DNA of 64,000 bases from a virus (IMGVR_UViG_3300005077_000012:1-64000); one strand, 5' to 3'; positions 37,351 through 47,263 are shown, numbered from the stretch's first letter. Notes: a model not told the origin generated them from the sequence alone. Translations and numbers: made by a program.

Positions 37351-39506
37351 ATCACCACCCATGACGACCCGGACGGAATACTGACCGTGATCCCGGACGC
37401 GATACTGACCGGGCCCGCGCTGACCCCATTACACGTCGCTGACATCGTAAAGTCTTCCGCCACCTCGATCTGGTGTGTCAGCCATGTCCCGGAGAGCTCA
37501 CCCCCGAGGAGCTTCCCGTTCGTATCGATCGTTATGACATTCGCATTGCTGCTGTCCCGGCCCACAAAGATATTCGTCGTTCCGTCCGCCGTCGATCCCT
37601 GCACCACCAGAGCCCCTGCGGCAGGAGACCCGTCGAGGTCGCTCGTCCCGATCCCAACCTTCCCGGTCGTATAGTAGATGTCCGACCCCGAGGTCGTCCA
37701 CTGACTTGCTGTTCCCCACGACAGGTTTCCACTGCCGTCTGAGACCAGCGTCTGACCGGCGTCTCCGTCACTATCCGGAAGTGTCAGTGTATAGGTCCCG
37801 GCCGCCGCCTTCACCGTCAGCGTGACTGTCCCGGACGTCGTTCCCTTTAATAGCACCGCTCCGGTTGTCCCACCCACAACCCCGATCGTCTGTGCTCCGG
37901 TAAATGAATTCGCTCCGAGCCCGGCCTTCCCGTTAAACTTCGACCAGTCCGCCGACGCCAGATACCCCGCCTGTGACCCAGACGCGGCCTGTGTCGCAAC
38001 GGTATGCTGCGCCAGCGTCAGGTGATACTCCTCTCCGGCCGTTCCACCCTGCAGGCCCACCAGATCGTTGTGGGCTACCGCAAATGGCGTCGTGATATGA
38101 CTGTAATGCGTCGTCCCCTGATACACATAGTTAACGGTCGTCGTGCTGTTCGACGTCGCGAAGATTATTTTCCCGAGCTTGTCCGTCGCCTGTGTCGTAA
38201 ACGCAGGCTGAACACTGGTCGTCGAATAGAGGGAGTAATTCGTTGTTAAACTGGTTATCCCCGCCGTCGTCGCGCCGAACAGCTTCTTCCACACACTGAA
38301 CGCAACCGCGCTCTCATTCACATACCCGGTCGGCGTCGCGATCGTCACCTCAGTATCACTGGTCCGGGCCGTGATCTGATAGACCCCCTTCGGAGTCTGA
38401 ACGAACGACGCGGTCGTATTCGTCGCACTGGCATCGATCTCTGCAGTCGAAAACGGCGTCCCGCTCGACGCAGTACAGGTCCGCGAGGTCCCGGTTCCGG
38501 TAATCGTCACCGTCGGACTGGTATAGGGCCGGACCCGGTATATCTGCTTCGTCAGGGTCGATACGCGCCCTCCAACGGTCGAGCTGACCGACGCATAGTA
38601 CTCGAAGTTCCACACCCCGGCACTGATTGATGTCGTACCCAGCGCAGTGTCGTACAGATACGCCATACCCAGCTTCGTATTCGACGTACAGGCAATCGAG
38701 TCCACAACCTCAGCCGCGCTCACCGGATACTTGTTCAGAGTCTCCAACGAAAACTCGTTCTCAGCGGATGACGCGATGATCTTCGTGGTATCCGGGAAGA
38801 ACTCCACCCCGTTCCCGGCTGACGCACTCACCGGATCAGCGTTGACCCACTCGGTCCCGTTATACCGGAGACGCTGATCCACCGTCGGGTTCGTGATCGT
38901 AACGTCTGACAGGTCGGTCAACCGGGCCTGCGGGCGAACATTGATGTATACCCGCCCGACCGTTTCGCTCTTGATCATCACCCGCCCGACACGCACATCA
39001 TAGTACGGACCGACCGGCTGTACGTTAGTCAGAGCCCCGGCAGTATCCGGGGACAGGTAGAGCGGATCACCCACATTCCACGAATTCGTGTCCAGATCGT
39101 CGACGTGCCCCCGGATCGTAGCGTGCCCGTACGCACCCGCGTCGATATTTGTCGTCAGAACACCCAGAACGAATGACGTCGCATCAGACGTCGCGATCGC
39201 CAGTGATACCGACGGAATACCCTCAACGGTAGCCCCGGATATATACACCACCTGCCCGTTGACCATCGGCGATCCCGTGCCGTTGTACACAAAACATTGC
39301 GTTTCCTGACCTACCTGCAGCGTAATGTCGGCACCGATCTCAACGGCCATCGTCTTGAACGTAGAGTCATAGTACACCTGCCCCTCGGTATGCGATCCGT
39401 GGGACGGGCTGGTGTTCAGCTTCAGGACTTCAACGTCGAGACTGTCGCCCGATTGTATCTGCTGGACAGCCCCGGACGACAGGACCAGTGGCTTCTTCGC
39501 GGTCAC
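37347..39506 (-). CDS. Virion fibre/appendage protein
   Basis: 719 aa; N-terminus paralogous to 39539-40009; fibre-type repeats (GTVTL...YTLTLP...G.L.W; KVGIGT). Confidence 0.65.
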   Translation of the reverse strand: MTAKKPLVLSSGAVQQIQSGDSLDVEVLKLNTSPSHGSHTEGQVYYDSTFKTMAVEIGADITLQVGQETQCFVYNGTGSPMVNGQVVYISGATVEGIPSVSLAIATSDATSFVLGVLTTNIDAGAYGHATIRGHVDDLDTNSWNVGDPLYLSPDTAGALTNVQPVGPYYDVRVGRVMIKSETVGRVYINVRPQARLTDLSDVTITNPTVDQRLRYNGTEWVNADPVSASAGNGVEFFPDTTKIIASSAENEFSLETLNKYPVSAAEVVDSIACTSNTKLGMAYLYDTALGTTSISAGVWNFEYYASVSSTVGGRVSTLTKQIYRVRPYTSPTVTITGTGTSRTCTASSGTPFSTAEIDASATNTTASFVQTPKGVYQITARTSDTEVTIATPTGYVNESAVAFSVWKKLFGATTAGITSLTTNYSLYSTTSVQPAFTTQATDKLGKIIFATSNSTTTVNYVYQGTTHYSHITTPFAVAHNDLVGLQGGTAGEEYHLTLAQHTVATQAASGSQAGYLASADWSKFNGKAGLGANSFTGAQTIGVVGGTTGAVLLKGTTSGTVTLTVKAAAGTYTLTLPDSDGDAGQTLVSDGSGNLSWGTASQWTTSGSDIYYTTGKVGIGTSDLDGSPAAGALVVQGSTADGTTNIFVGRDSSNANVITIDTNGKLLGGELSGTWLTHQIEVAEDFTMSATCNGVSAGPVSIASGITVSIPSGSSWVVI

Positions 39507-39538
39507 GTGCTACCTCATCTATAGATTTTTTGCACGGC

Positions 39539-40009
39539 TTACAACTGGATCGGTTGTTCCGGGTTGATGTCGATCATGGTCGTGGACAGTGCGGTCCCAA
39601 CAACCACCACAAACCCGGTTGTCGGCGGCGTCGCCGTCAGCATACCCTTCGTTGCTTCACTCAGGTAATACTTCGACCCGGCAGTCAGTGTCGCACTCCC
39701 GATAATCGCAGTCCAGTCAGCCAGCGTGAGCTGCCCGTCAAGCTGAATATCTCCGGACGCGCTCGATGCAATCGACGTCGACCGACAGAGTCCGATGACC
39801 AACGTCGACCCCACGGCATCCGCCTTCGCCTGCCGGAACGCGCCGGTCGAATACACGTACACCGGCATCCCGATTGTTGTTGTATCACTCGACTCCGCGC
39901 TGGTCAACGATACGACATCTACCTCATTACAGGATGCGTCCAGCGTGTCTCCGGACTGGAGCTGCTGTATCTGTCCCCCATTCAGTACCAACGGTTTTCG
40001 TGCTGTCAT
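39539..40009 (-). CDS. Capsid decoration/fibre-base-like protein
   Basis: 156 aa; G...QL.G.L....W..L..G..YYLS....G.LT.TPPT.G..V.VG.A pattern. Confidence 0.55.
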   Translation of the reverse strand: MTARKPLVLNGGQIQQLQSGDTLDASCNEVDVVSLTSAESSDTTTIGMPVYVYSTGAFRQAKADAVGSTLVIGLCRSTSIASSASGDIQLDGQLTLADWTAIIGSATLTAGSKYYLSEATKGMLTATPPTTGFVVVVGTALSTTMIDINPEQPIQL

Positions 40010-40016
40010 ATTTACC

Positions 40017-40655
40017 TCACAATAATATACTTTCTGATATCTTCACGCAAAGCTCAGTCGCAGACAGAGCCGTTCCAATAACCACCCGGAACCCGGTTGT
40101 CGGCGGCGTTACGCTCAAGCTCGTACCATTCAAATAAATCACATCTCCCTTCGTCCACGACCACCCTGTGTTGACAATATACCCGGACGTAACGACCGCC
40201 CCGGATATCCCGGCGATAAACGACTCACTCGCAATCCCGGCGATGATGTTTCGGTGCGTGACATCCGCCGAGTCCGCCATGACTCCGGTCGCGGTCACCA
40301 CCGTATACGCCGTAATCTCTTCAACCGCCGGAACCGATATCGTCGTCGACCGTGCAACATCCCCGAACCGGGACCACTCTGTATCATCCAGACCGGACTT
40401 GTACCAGACCTCACCGTTCGTCGCGTCTTCGTAGACACACCCCAGAGGGGCCGCCACCCGTGTCGGGGGACCATACCCCCGCAGCGTGGTGACGATCGTC
40501 TCATCGTAAACGTCGCCCTGATCCTCAACCTCACCCGGAGTCAGGTTTGCAACGTCTGTTATTGACGGACGGATAACCCGGGAAGCTCCCGCTGTCCACG
40601 GAACAACGCCGCCACCGATGACCTCGGCGTCAGATGTCTTCGTGATTGACGGCAT
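40017..40655 (-). CDS. Capsid decoration/fibre-base-like protein
   Basis: C-terminus paralogous to 39539-40009 (TPPTTGF.VV.GTALS.T). Confidence 0.55.
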   Translation of the reverse strand: MPSITKTSDAEVIGGGVVPWTAGASRVIRPSITDVANLTPGEVEDQGDVYDETIVTTLRGYGPPTRVAAPLGCVYEDATNGEVWYKSGLDDTEWSRFGDVARSTTISVPAVEEITAYTVVTATGVMADSADVTHRNIIAGIASESFIAGISGAVVTSGYIVNTGWSWTKGDVIYLNGTSLSVTPPTTGFRVVIGTALSATELCVKISESILL

Positions 40656-40931
40656 TTACATCTTCCGAAGATAGACATATACCTTCTGGTTTGTCGCCAG
40701 AGTCGTCGCCTTCACCCCATTGACACGCCTGCGGAGCGGAAGATAAAAACCCAGCACCGACGTCGTCAGACTCGCAGACAAGAGTGTGTTTCCCTTTGAG
40801 TCCTGCAGCTCAGACGCTCCTGCTGCGGTCCCGGACAGGAGAATCCCCTCAACTTCAAGGACGTCTGTCACCTCGTCGTTCGCTGCCGCCAGCGTGATTA
40901 TATCGTTCGATCGATCGTATGTTACTGCCAT
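40656..40931 (-). CDS. Small virion protein, hypothetical
   Basis: 91 aa beta-rich ORF in operon. Confidence 0.6.
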   Translation of the reverse strand: MAVTYDRSNDIITLAAANDEVTDVLEVEGILLSGTAAGASELQDSKGNTLLSASLTTSVLGFYLPLRRRVNGVKATTLATNQKVYVYLRKM

Positions 40932-40938
40932 AGGTCAC

Positions 40939-41313
40939 CTACCTGTGATTTTTCCACGTCCAGAATTTACCGTCCCCGGTGATATGTAAAAATAGTTGCT
41001 TGCTTGTGTTCTCAATTCCCAGCAGATACGACACCTCGGGGATCGAGCCAACATCCCCGGAGTTCACTCCGACGCACCGCCGGTTCCGCCGGGCATATAG
41101 AACGGTTACAGGGTCGTCGATTGGATCGTGAACCGCGATCTTCCGCCCCCCATTGATTATAAAGTACCGCTCCTTGACGTGTACGTGGTATGAGTTGTGA
41201 TCCCAGAGTAGCGTCATGTGGACAACGGTCGGCTTTAATGCGTACAGGTCCCGGAATGGGGCAACCCGGGGAACCTGATCATCTGTGGTTGCGACAATGA
41301 ATACCGGCTCCAT
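40939..41313 (-). CDS. Hypothetical protein
   Basis: ATG 41313 with GGGAG RBS (alternative start 41325). Confidence 0.6.
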   Translation of the reverse strand: MEPVFIVATTDDQVPRVAPFRDLYALKPTVVHMTLLWDHNSYHVHVKERYFIINGGRKIAVHDPIDDPVTVLYARRNRRCVGVNSGDVGSIPEVSYLLGIENTSKQLFLHITGDGKFWTWKNHR

Positions 41314-41347
41314 GCACTCTCCCATCTATCTATAGAAAAATTGCACG

Positions 41348-41372
41348 CCCGGGGAAGGGGTTACCGCCCCCG
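41348..41372 (-). terminator. Hairpin ending the capsid gene block, possible terminator
   Basis: CCGGGG...CCCCGG stem in the intergenic gap; U-rich run a few nt downstream on the sense strand. Confidence 0.35.
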
Positions 41373-41382
41373 GACCCGCAAC

Positions 41383-41907
41383 TTACTGCTCATCCCATTG
41401 GAAGGTCAAGGTCTTCTGGTTCAAGGACCCTGACGGCGTTGATGCCGTGACATCCAACTGTATAACGATGTAATCGCTGTACCCCGCTGCGGTCAGCGCA
41501 CCACTCAGGCTGCCACCGATACCTATGTTCGGGCCGATCGGCTCACTCTCCGGCATTGCGCTGACCGCAGCCGCAGAGTCTGTATTGACCGGACCCCCTG
41601 CGGGGTAGGATGATGCAGAGTACCCGGACGTTTTTGCGTTGGTACTCAAGCCTTCCCCGGTTTTATACCCACCACCGAGGTTAGATACCCAGACCTTGAT
41701 GTTATCAATCGAGGTCGTTGCGCCGAGTTCGGTTACGTGGAGACGGAGCCACTTCTCATAGGAGTGGGCGTCCGCCCCCGCCGTAATCGGATACGACGCA
41801 GGGACCAGTTCAGCAGCGTCGGTACTCCCGAAGTTAACGTTTGAAACGTCCGCCGTCTCCACCCCGGGAGACGCGCCATTCATTTCGTCGAGTTCAACGG
41901 TTGCCAT
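41383..41907 (-). CDS. Virion structural protein
   Basis: 174 aa beta-rich, follows capsid-associated genes. Confidence 0.6.
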   Translation of the reverse strand: MATVELDEMNGASPGVETADVSNVNFGSTDAAELVPASYPITAGADAHSYEKWLRLHVTELGATTSIDNIKVWVSNLGGGYKTGEGLSTNAKTSGYSASSYPAGGPVNTDSAAAVSAMPESEPIGPNIGIGGSLSGALTAAGYSDYIVIQLDVTASTPSGSLNQKTLTFQWDEQ

Positions 41908-41915
41908 AGGGCCCC

Positions 41916-43265
41916 CTACATATTGAGATCATCCAGTGCAGTGATTGACAACGCGGTCTCCACTGCCCGGGATATGTGTTCGTTAAACGACGCCTTGATC
42001 GCCTTTGCAAGCGTGATCGAAGTCGCCAGAGTTGTCGCTGCTGCCGCCGATACAGTCATGCTGTTATCGATCGAATAGTGCGACGTCTGCAACAAAATGT
42101 GAGCATTGAACTGCGCCTTCAGGTCCGTCAGATGTGCGTTAACCGCAGTCTGCGGAGCTCCAACAGCGCTCGCTGACACTGTGTTCGTCGCGTCCGCTGA
42201 TCCGTGCCGCCCCCCGGTAGTGTATACCCGGTGCGCTTCGTACTTCGTTCGGATCGCGTCCGCCATAACCTGTATCTCGGTCCACGTTGCCGCAACACCC
42301 AGATCAGTCGTTGACACGGTGTTTGTCGTATCAGCAGTCCCTGACACGGTTCCCAGAGCACTCGCGGATACCGCGTTCGTTGAGTCCGCTGCTCCGTGTA
42401 CCGACCCTGCAGTCAATACCCGGTGCGCTTCGTACCCGGTCCGGATCGCGTCCGCCATGTCCGCGATGTCCTGCCACGCTGCGTCAGACGCCAGATCGGT
42501 CGCTGAAACCACGTTAGCAGTATCCGCTGCCCCGTGTACAGACCCGGCAGTCGTCCCGCAGTGTGCGTTGAACTGTGCCTTGATGTCGTTCAGGAGAGCC
42601 ACCGCGCTCTCCTTTGTCGTCATGTCAGCAACAGTCACCGCGTTCGTTGCGTCAGCCCCACCATGCTCACCGCCTGCGACCAAAACCCGGTGCGCCTCGT
42701 AATCCGCCTTCAGCTCGTTAACCAACGCCAGAGCGTTCGTCAGGATCGTCGACGTACCGTGAGACTCCGTGTCTGCGCAGTGCGCATTGAAATCAGCCTT
42801 GATCTCGTTCAAGAGCGTAATCGCACTCGCCTTGCTGGATACCGCAGACGCCGACACAACATGAGTCGAGTCCGCCGCTCCGTGACACGCAGGCGACCCG
42901 GATACCAGTACCCGGTGCGCATTGTAATCAGTCTTCAGCTCATCCGCGAGCGTCTTGATCTTCGTATACACCGACTTCGAGGTCGTCACGTTGGTACTGT
43001 CCGCCGCAGGATGATACGATGCCGATGCGATGTGCGTCGCATACGACAGCTCCAGAGCCTTTTCGAGATCAATAACAGTTTCGAGGTCACCATCCAAAGG
43101 GTCTGCGGTGGTGACCTCATCCGCTGTATCGTCTGTTATGTGCGGAGCAGTCCCGGAGAAGACGTGCGACAAGAGTGCGCTCACCGCTGCAGTCAGGCTG
43201 TCGATCAGAGCCACGACATCCTTCATGAGCGGATCACCGATTGTCATTCTGTCTCTCAGGTTCAT
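41916..43265 (-). CDS. His-repeat capsid-associated protein (long paralogue)
   Basis: About 8 repeats of [YF]xxH-x(5-10)-H[GP]xAD. Confidence 0.65.
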   Translation of the reverse strand: MNLRDRMTIGDPLMKDVVALIDSLTAAVSALLSHVFSGTAPHITDDTADEVTTADPLDGDLETVIDLEKALELSYATHIASASYHPAADSTNVTTSKSVYTKIKTLADELKTDYNAHRVLVSGSPACHGAADSTHVVSASAVSSKASAITLLNEIKADFNAHCADTESHGTSTILTNALALVNELKADYEAHRVLVAGGEHGGADATNAVTVADMTTKESAVALLNDIKAQFNAHCGTTAGSVHGAADTANVVSATDLASDAAWQDIADMADAIRTGYEAHRVLTAGSVHGAADSTNAVSASALGTVSGTADTTNTVSTTDLGVAATWTEIQVMADAIRTKYEAHRVYTTGGRHGSADATNTVSASAVGAPQTAVNAHLTDLKAQFNAHILLQTSHYSIDNSMTVSAAAATTLATSITLAKAIKASFNEHISRAVETALSITALDDLNM

Positions 43266-43274
43266 GATGCCCCC

Positions 43275-44201
43275 CTATGCCAGCTCGTCGAGTGTGCTCA
43301 CCGTCAGTGCCGCTTCGCTCGCCATGCTGATGTGATCGTTGAACGCCGCCTTGATGGCCGCCGCCAGCGTCACGGACGTCGCAAGTGTGGTCGCCGCCGC
43401 AGCGGTGACCTTCATGCTGTCATCCTTGACGTAGTGCGATGTCAACAGGATCATGTGCGCGTTCAGGTCCGCCTTGAGCTCGGTCAGATACGCGTTCACG
43501 ACGGTCTGTACCGATCCAACGGCCCCTGCAGTAACCGCATTTGTTGAGTCTGCGCCACCGTGGACGGAGCCTGCAGTCAGAACGCGGTGCGCTGCGTACT
43601 TCGTCTTCAGATCGTCCGCCATTGCCTGTATCTGCGACCATGTTGCCGCCGATGTGAGATCGGCCAGCACACACGGGTTCGTCGTGTCCGCAGCACCGTG
43701 GCAGCTTGTCACGTTCGCGCAGTGCAGATTGAACATCGTCTTGATATCATTCAAGAGAGTAATCGCAGTCGCTTTGTTTGACACTGCCGCTGCAGTCACC
43801 GTATTCGCATCGCCGCTTCCGGCGTGAACCGATCCCGACGTAAATACGTGGTGCGCATTGTACTGAGTCTTCAGATCGTCCGCGAGGGCCTTAACCTTCG
43901 CGTACGTCGTTGTCGCCGTCAGCGTGTTCGTCGTGTCTGCGGCTGAGTGGTACGTGGTCGACCCTATGTGTGCAACATAGGCAACATCGAGCGCGTGTTC
44001 CAGATCAGCCACATCATCGAGGTCATCATCAGCAGGATCAGCGACAGTCACTGTGTTCACACTGTCACTGACCTTGTGCGGATTCTCGCCGACGAATACG
44101 GTTTCTGACAGGGCGTTGACGGCTGAAATCAGCTCGTCAAGGATAGGGATCAACGCTTGCGTCAGCGAGTTCCCCATTGTAAGCCTGTCTCGTAAACTCA
44201 T
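43275..44201 (-). CDS. His-repeat capsid-associated protein (short paralogue)
   Basis: About 5 repeats; termini alignable with 41916-43265; AAGGAGG RBS right after the MCP. Confidence 0.65.
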   Translation of the reverse strand: MSLRDRLTMGNSLTQALIPILDELISAVNALSETVFVGENPHKVSDSVNTVTVADPADDDLDDVADLEHALDVAYVAHIGSTTYHSAADTTNTLTATTTYAKVKALADDLKTQYNAHHVFTSGSVHAGSGDANTVTAAAVSNKATAITLLNDIKTMFNLHCANVTSCHGAADTTNPCVLADLTSAATWSQIQAMADDLKTKYAAHRVLTAGSVHGGADSTNAVTAGAVGSVQTVVNAYLTELKADLNAHMILLTSHYVKDDSMKVTAAAATTLATSVTLAAAIKAAFNDHISMASEAALTVSTLDELA

Positions 44202-44234
44202 CGTGTTCCTCCTTCGTTATTTTTTATCGGATGG

Positions 44235-45620
44235 TTAGAACCAGCCGAGAGTCGAAGGAGCAACGTTCTTAATCCTGATGTGCTGCACGCCCTTCTTCAC
44301 TGCCATTGTCCCGAAGAGAAGCATGAGGAACGGATACACGGCCGCGTTGGTCGGGTACAGATCGAACTTCATCATCGGAAGGAACTGCGCCCACTCGATC
44401 GCGTCGTACATCGGGTCCATCGTCAGCATGAACACATCCGAACATCCCGGAAGGTTGCTGTTGTAGTCGTAGACGTCTCCGGTGGTTGCCGGAGCTGCCG
44501 TGGTAAACGCGTACCGGACAGTCGCACCAGTCACGCCACCCTTGATCGACCGATAAATCTTGATACCAGTCGATGCCGGGGAACCGTTGGTAATGTTGAA
44601 GATGACGCGATCGCCAGCAGCAACCCCAGTCACGATCTGCTCGGCAGTCGCCGTACCATCACCGTACTTGTTGACGCCGACGAGCTTGTACACATAGTCG
44701 CCAGCGTCAGTCGACGCAAACTCAGAGCTTGCGTGTGTGGTATGAGTCACCGAGTTGACTGTGAGGGCACCGGGCCTGCTTGCGGTAATCGACGACGCTG
44801 AGGGAGTTGATCCTTCAGCAATGAAGATGTCCGCGCGGAGCTTCGGGGTACCGAACGGAGTCGGATAATCCTCGAATACGGTGCTACCCGCGTTTGCGCT
44901 CCCGGGAGTAAACCGGATGCGGTCCCTGAGCATCCTTTGAACGTCTGCCATGACCATTGTCGAGCAGAAGAGATCGGTCACCTTACCGAATGACTCGCGG
45001 ATGTTCCGGGCACCGAGCTCGATCTTGTTGACGAAGTCCGCGCTGGTGGCGTCCTTGCCTCTGAGGTCGAGAACGTTGGTTGACGGTATCTGAGCGATCA
45101 GACCGTCAGGCTGCTCGGCAACGATTGAGCTGTCCCCGTAAAACAGGGCCTTCTCAAGGTTCCGAATGATCCAGAGCGCGCCTGCGTTTTTCTCCAGAGC
45201 CATCGCGTCTTCGATCATGTTCGAGACGCTGGCCTGCAGCGTAACCTTCCTGAGAGTCTGAAGGTACTTCGCAGTCGCATACGCGCGGGCGATCGTCTGT
45301 TCGCCTTCGATTGAGTCGCCACCTTCAGCAACCCACGCGCCGTCGTTTGCACCGACGTCGGTGCGCTTGTCCCACTGGTGGACCGGCGACTTGATCGGTT
45401 GTTTTTTGAGTCTCTGAAAGAGAACCGCGTCTTCCTGTGAGTGCAGGACGTTGACAAGAGTCGAGTCCAGACTCTCAGGGATGAGTGCCCGGCCACCGGT
45501 GAACGCCGCAGCGTCAACACCGGAACCAGCAGAGAGGGCCTTGCTGAGGTAATCCAGAGTCTCCTCATTCGCCCGGGAAAAACCCTCGTAGCCGAGGTCT
45601 AATTGATTGAGAATATCCAT
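44235..45620 (-). CDS. Major capsid protein
   Basis: 461 aa; KAL.AG.G...GGRAL..ESLD..L N-terminus reminiscent of SPO1/Twort-like MCPs; follows protease and scaffold. Confidence 0.88.
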   Translation of the reverse strand: MDILNQLDLGYEGFSRANEETLDYLSKALSAGSGVDAAAFTGGRALIPESLDSTLVNVLHSQEDAVLFQRLKKQPIKSPVHQWDKRTDVGANDGAWVAEGGDSIEGEQTIARAYATAKYLQTLRKVTLQASVSNMIEDAMALEKNAGALWIIRNLEKALFYGDSSIVAEQPDGLIAQIPSTNVLDLRGKDATSADFVNKIELGARNIRESFGKVTDLFCSTMVMADVQRMLRDRIRFTPGSANAGSTVFEDYPTPFGTPKLRADIFIAEGSTPSASSITASRPGALTVNSVTHTTHASSEFASTDAGDYVYKLVGVNKYGDGTATAEQIVTGVAAGDRVIFNITNGSPASTGIKIYRSIKGGVTGATVRYAFTTAAPATTGDVYDYNSNLPGCSDVFMLTMDPMYDAIEWAQFLPMMKFDLYPTNAAVYPFLMLLFGTMAVKKGVQHIRIKNVAPSTLGWF

Positions 45621-45639
45621 GTGTAAGCCTCCTGTTTAC

Positions 45640-46305
45640 TTACTGAACGCTCTTGATCAGGGCAACGTGCCGCTCATCAAGGGGTATGTTTTTATTGAGT
45701 CTGCCCTCGATCTTTGTGACATCGAGAACGTCGAGCTTGCCTGCTTTGCAGAGCTTCATCGCTTTGTCGAGAATTTCGACACGGGACAGTGCGGAGGCCG
45801 CTTCCACAGCCTCAAACCTGTCACCGGACTTCCTGAGCACGGACCGTGACGGTACCGGCGCATCGCCGATCTTCTCAACGGTGTCCCGGACGGCCTTCTG
45901 CATCTCGGCAGACGCCACCGCGAACTGGACCTGCGCCTTGCTCAGAGCCGCAACGTCCTTAATGCTTTTCTGCATGGTGCTCACTGCCGCGTTCACCGCA
46001 GCGAACTTCTCGTCGATCCCCTTCACCAGTGATCTCAGGAAGGGCTCGATATCCATCGCGGCACCCGCATCTGCATCGTCCTCAGCGACAAACTCTTCGA
46101 GAGACTTCATGGTCGGCTTCTTGCCGTCCTCTTCGTCATCCTCATCGCCTTCTGCTTCCTCTTCTTCGCCGGGGAATTCGTTCGCTTCCTCGTCGTCCTT
46201 TTTCGCCTTCTGGAACGAGTTGAGAGTAGTCTTCAGCGACTCCAAAGAGTCATTGAAGGACTTCTCCATATCCTCAAATCCAACGGCTTCTAATGCCTTT
46301 GTCAT
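45640..46305 (-). CDS. Capsid scaffold protein, putative
   Basis: 221 aa acidic coiled coil with about 10 x-x-K-[AS] motifs; lies between protease and MCP. Confidence 0.7.
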   Translation of the reverse strand: MTKALEAVGFEDMEKSFNDSLESLKTTLNSFQKAKKDDEEANEFPGEEEEAEGDEDDEEDGKKPTMKSLEEFVAEDDADAGAAMDIEPFLRSLVKGIDEKFAAVNAAVSTMQKSIKDVAALSKAQVQFAVASAEMQKAVRDTVEKIGDAPVPSRSVLRKSGDRFEAVEAASALSRVEILDKAMKLCKAGKLDVLDVTKIEGRLNKNIPLDERHVALIKSVQ

Positions 46306-46307
46306 TG

Positions 46308-47153
46308 CTATCCTCCAAAATAATTTTGTATTGTAGGCAATTTTCTTGTGATATATTGTATCAGCTCTGCTGATATGTTCGACGGGTACCCCCGGGACAG
46401 GATGAACTCCATCACGTCGTTATACGACTTGACCTTCCCGCTGGTGATCGCCGCCAGTAACGCGTCAAACACCCGACGGAGCTCCCCGTACGGGATCGAG
46501 TAGCCCTGCGCGTTGAACGTATCGCTCAGCTCCGATCCCTGTAAACTCTCCGGGGTCAACGCGCGCCCCCCGGTAAACGCCTCCGCATTGACCCCATCGC
46601 CTGCCATGAGGGCCTTCGCGAACTGCGCGAACGGGATGATCGAAACATGACCGAGCGTGCCGTCATTGACCGGCTTGTGTGTGATCGCGGTCTCATCCCA
46701 GATCACACGCATTATCATCCCCTTGACACCACCGGCGGACCCCTTCACTTTTTGGATTATTCCGCCGCCCACCGACGCACCGAGCTTCTTCGCCCCGGAC
46801 AGGATATTCTGCCAGAGACCCTGCGAAATCTTGTTCTCTTTATACAGGAACCCTTTTACCAGTGTTTCATTCCGGTCCGTAAATGCGACGTCACTCGGCT
46901 CGCCTATGATGTATTGAGGATCGTGAATCTGCTTGTGCTTGTGGTCCCACGACAGGACGCCGTGTGTCAGATAGTAATCTGCCGCCTCCTTCAGGGCTTT
47001 ACAGAAAACCACCTCAGAGTCCTGATCACGACTCTCATTCGACGCCTGCAGGTACACGTTCCACTTGCCGTCCTCCTCGACACCCTTAACAAGGGCCGAC
47101 GCAAACGGAGAGTAAAACTGATCGCCACCCGCTGCCTGTATTGTCCTGCTCAT
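46308..47153 (-). CDS. Prohead protease
   Basis: ASNESRDQDSE, SWDH, GEP, LGASVGG, AIT..PVN motifs of phage prohead serine proteases. Confidence 0.8.
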   Translation of the reverse strand: MSRTIQAAGGDQFYSPFASALVKGVEEDGKWNVYLQASNESRDQDSEVVFCKALKEAADYYLTHGVLSWDHKHKQIHDPQYIIGEPSDVAFTDRNETLVKGFLYKENKISQGLWQNILSGAKKLGASVGGGIIQKVKGSAGGVKGMIMRVIWDETAITHKPVNDGTLGHVSIIPFAQFAKALMAGDGVNAEAFTGGRALTPESLQGSELSDTFNAQGYSIPYGELRRVFDALLAAITSGKVKSYNDVMEFILSRGYPSNISAELIQYITRKLPTIQNYFGG

Positions 47154-47165
47154 TGCACCCCCTTA

Positions 47166-47249
47166 AAACAAAAGACCCTGAGCTCCGATAATGATTGAGG
47201 CCGCCGCTATGCGGTCCACCTCAGTCACGCCCGGGGCTCAGGGCCCTCT
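47166..47249 (-). ncRNA. Long imperfect stem-loop leader upstream of the protease
   Basis: 47176-47187 pairs with 47232-47243 (11/12); 47192-47200 pairs with 47219-47227 (8/9); U-rich run before the RBS. Confidence 0.5.
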
Positions 47250-47263
47250 CCGTGTATCCGTTG

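Noticed and set aside
3562-43058. Additional near-copies of the 17-bp motif (3562 TGA-, about 43041 TGT-TATTGAT-, about 2880 TGA-)
   Set aside because: They deviate in the TGC core or spacer, so they were not counted among the 16 copies
41916-44201. CRISPR-like or DNA tandem array
   Set aside because: The repeats are degenerate coding repeats with conserved reading frame, not identical repeats with unique spacers
47166-47249. tRNA or SECIS element
   Set aside because: It is a single nested hairpin with no cloverleaf or T-loop, and there is no upstream in-frame UGA readthrough context
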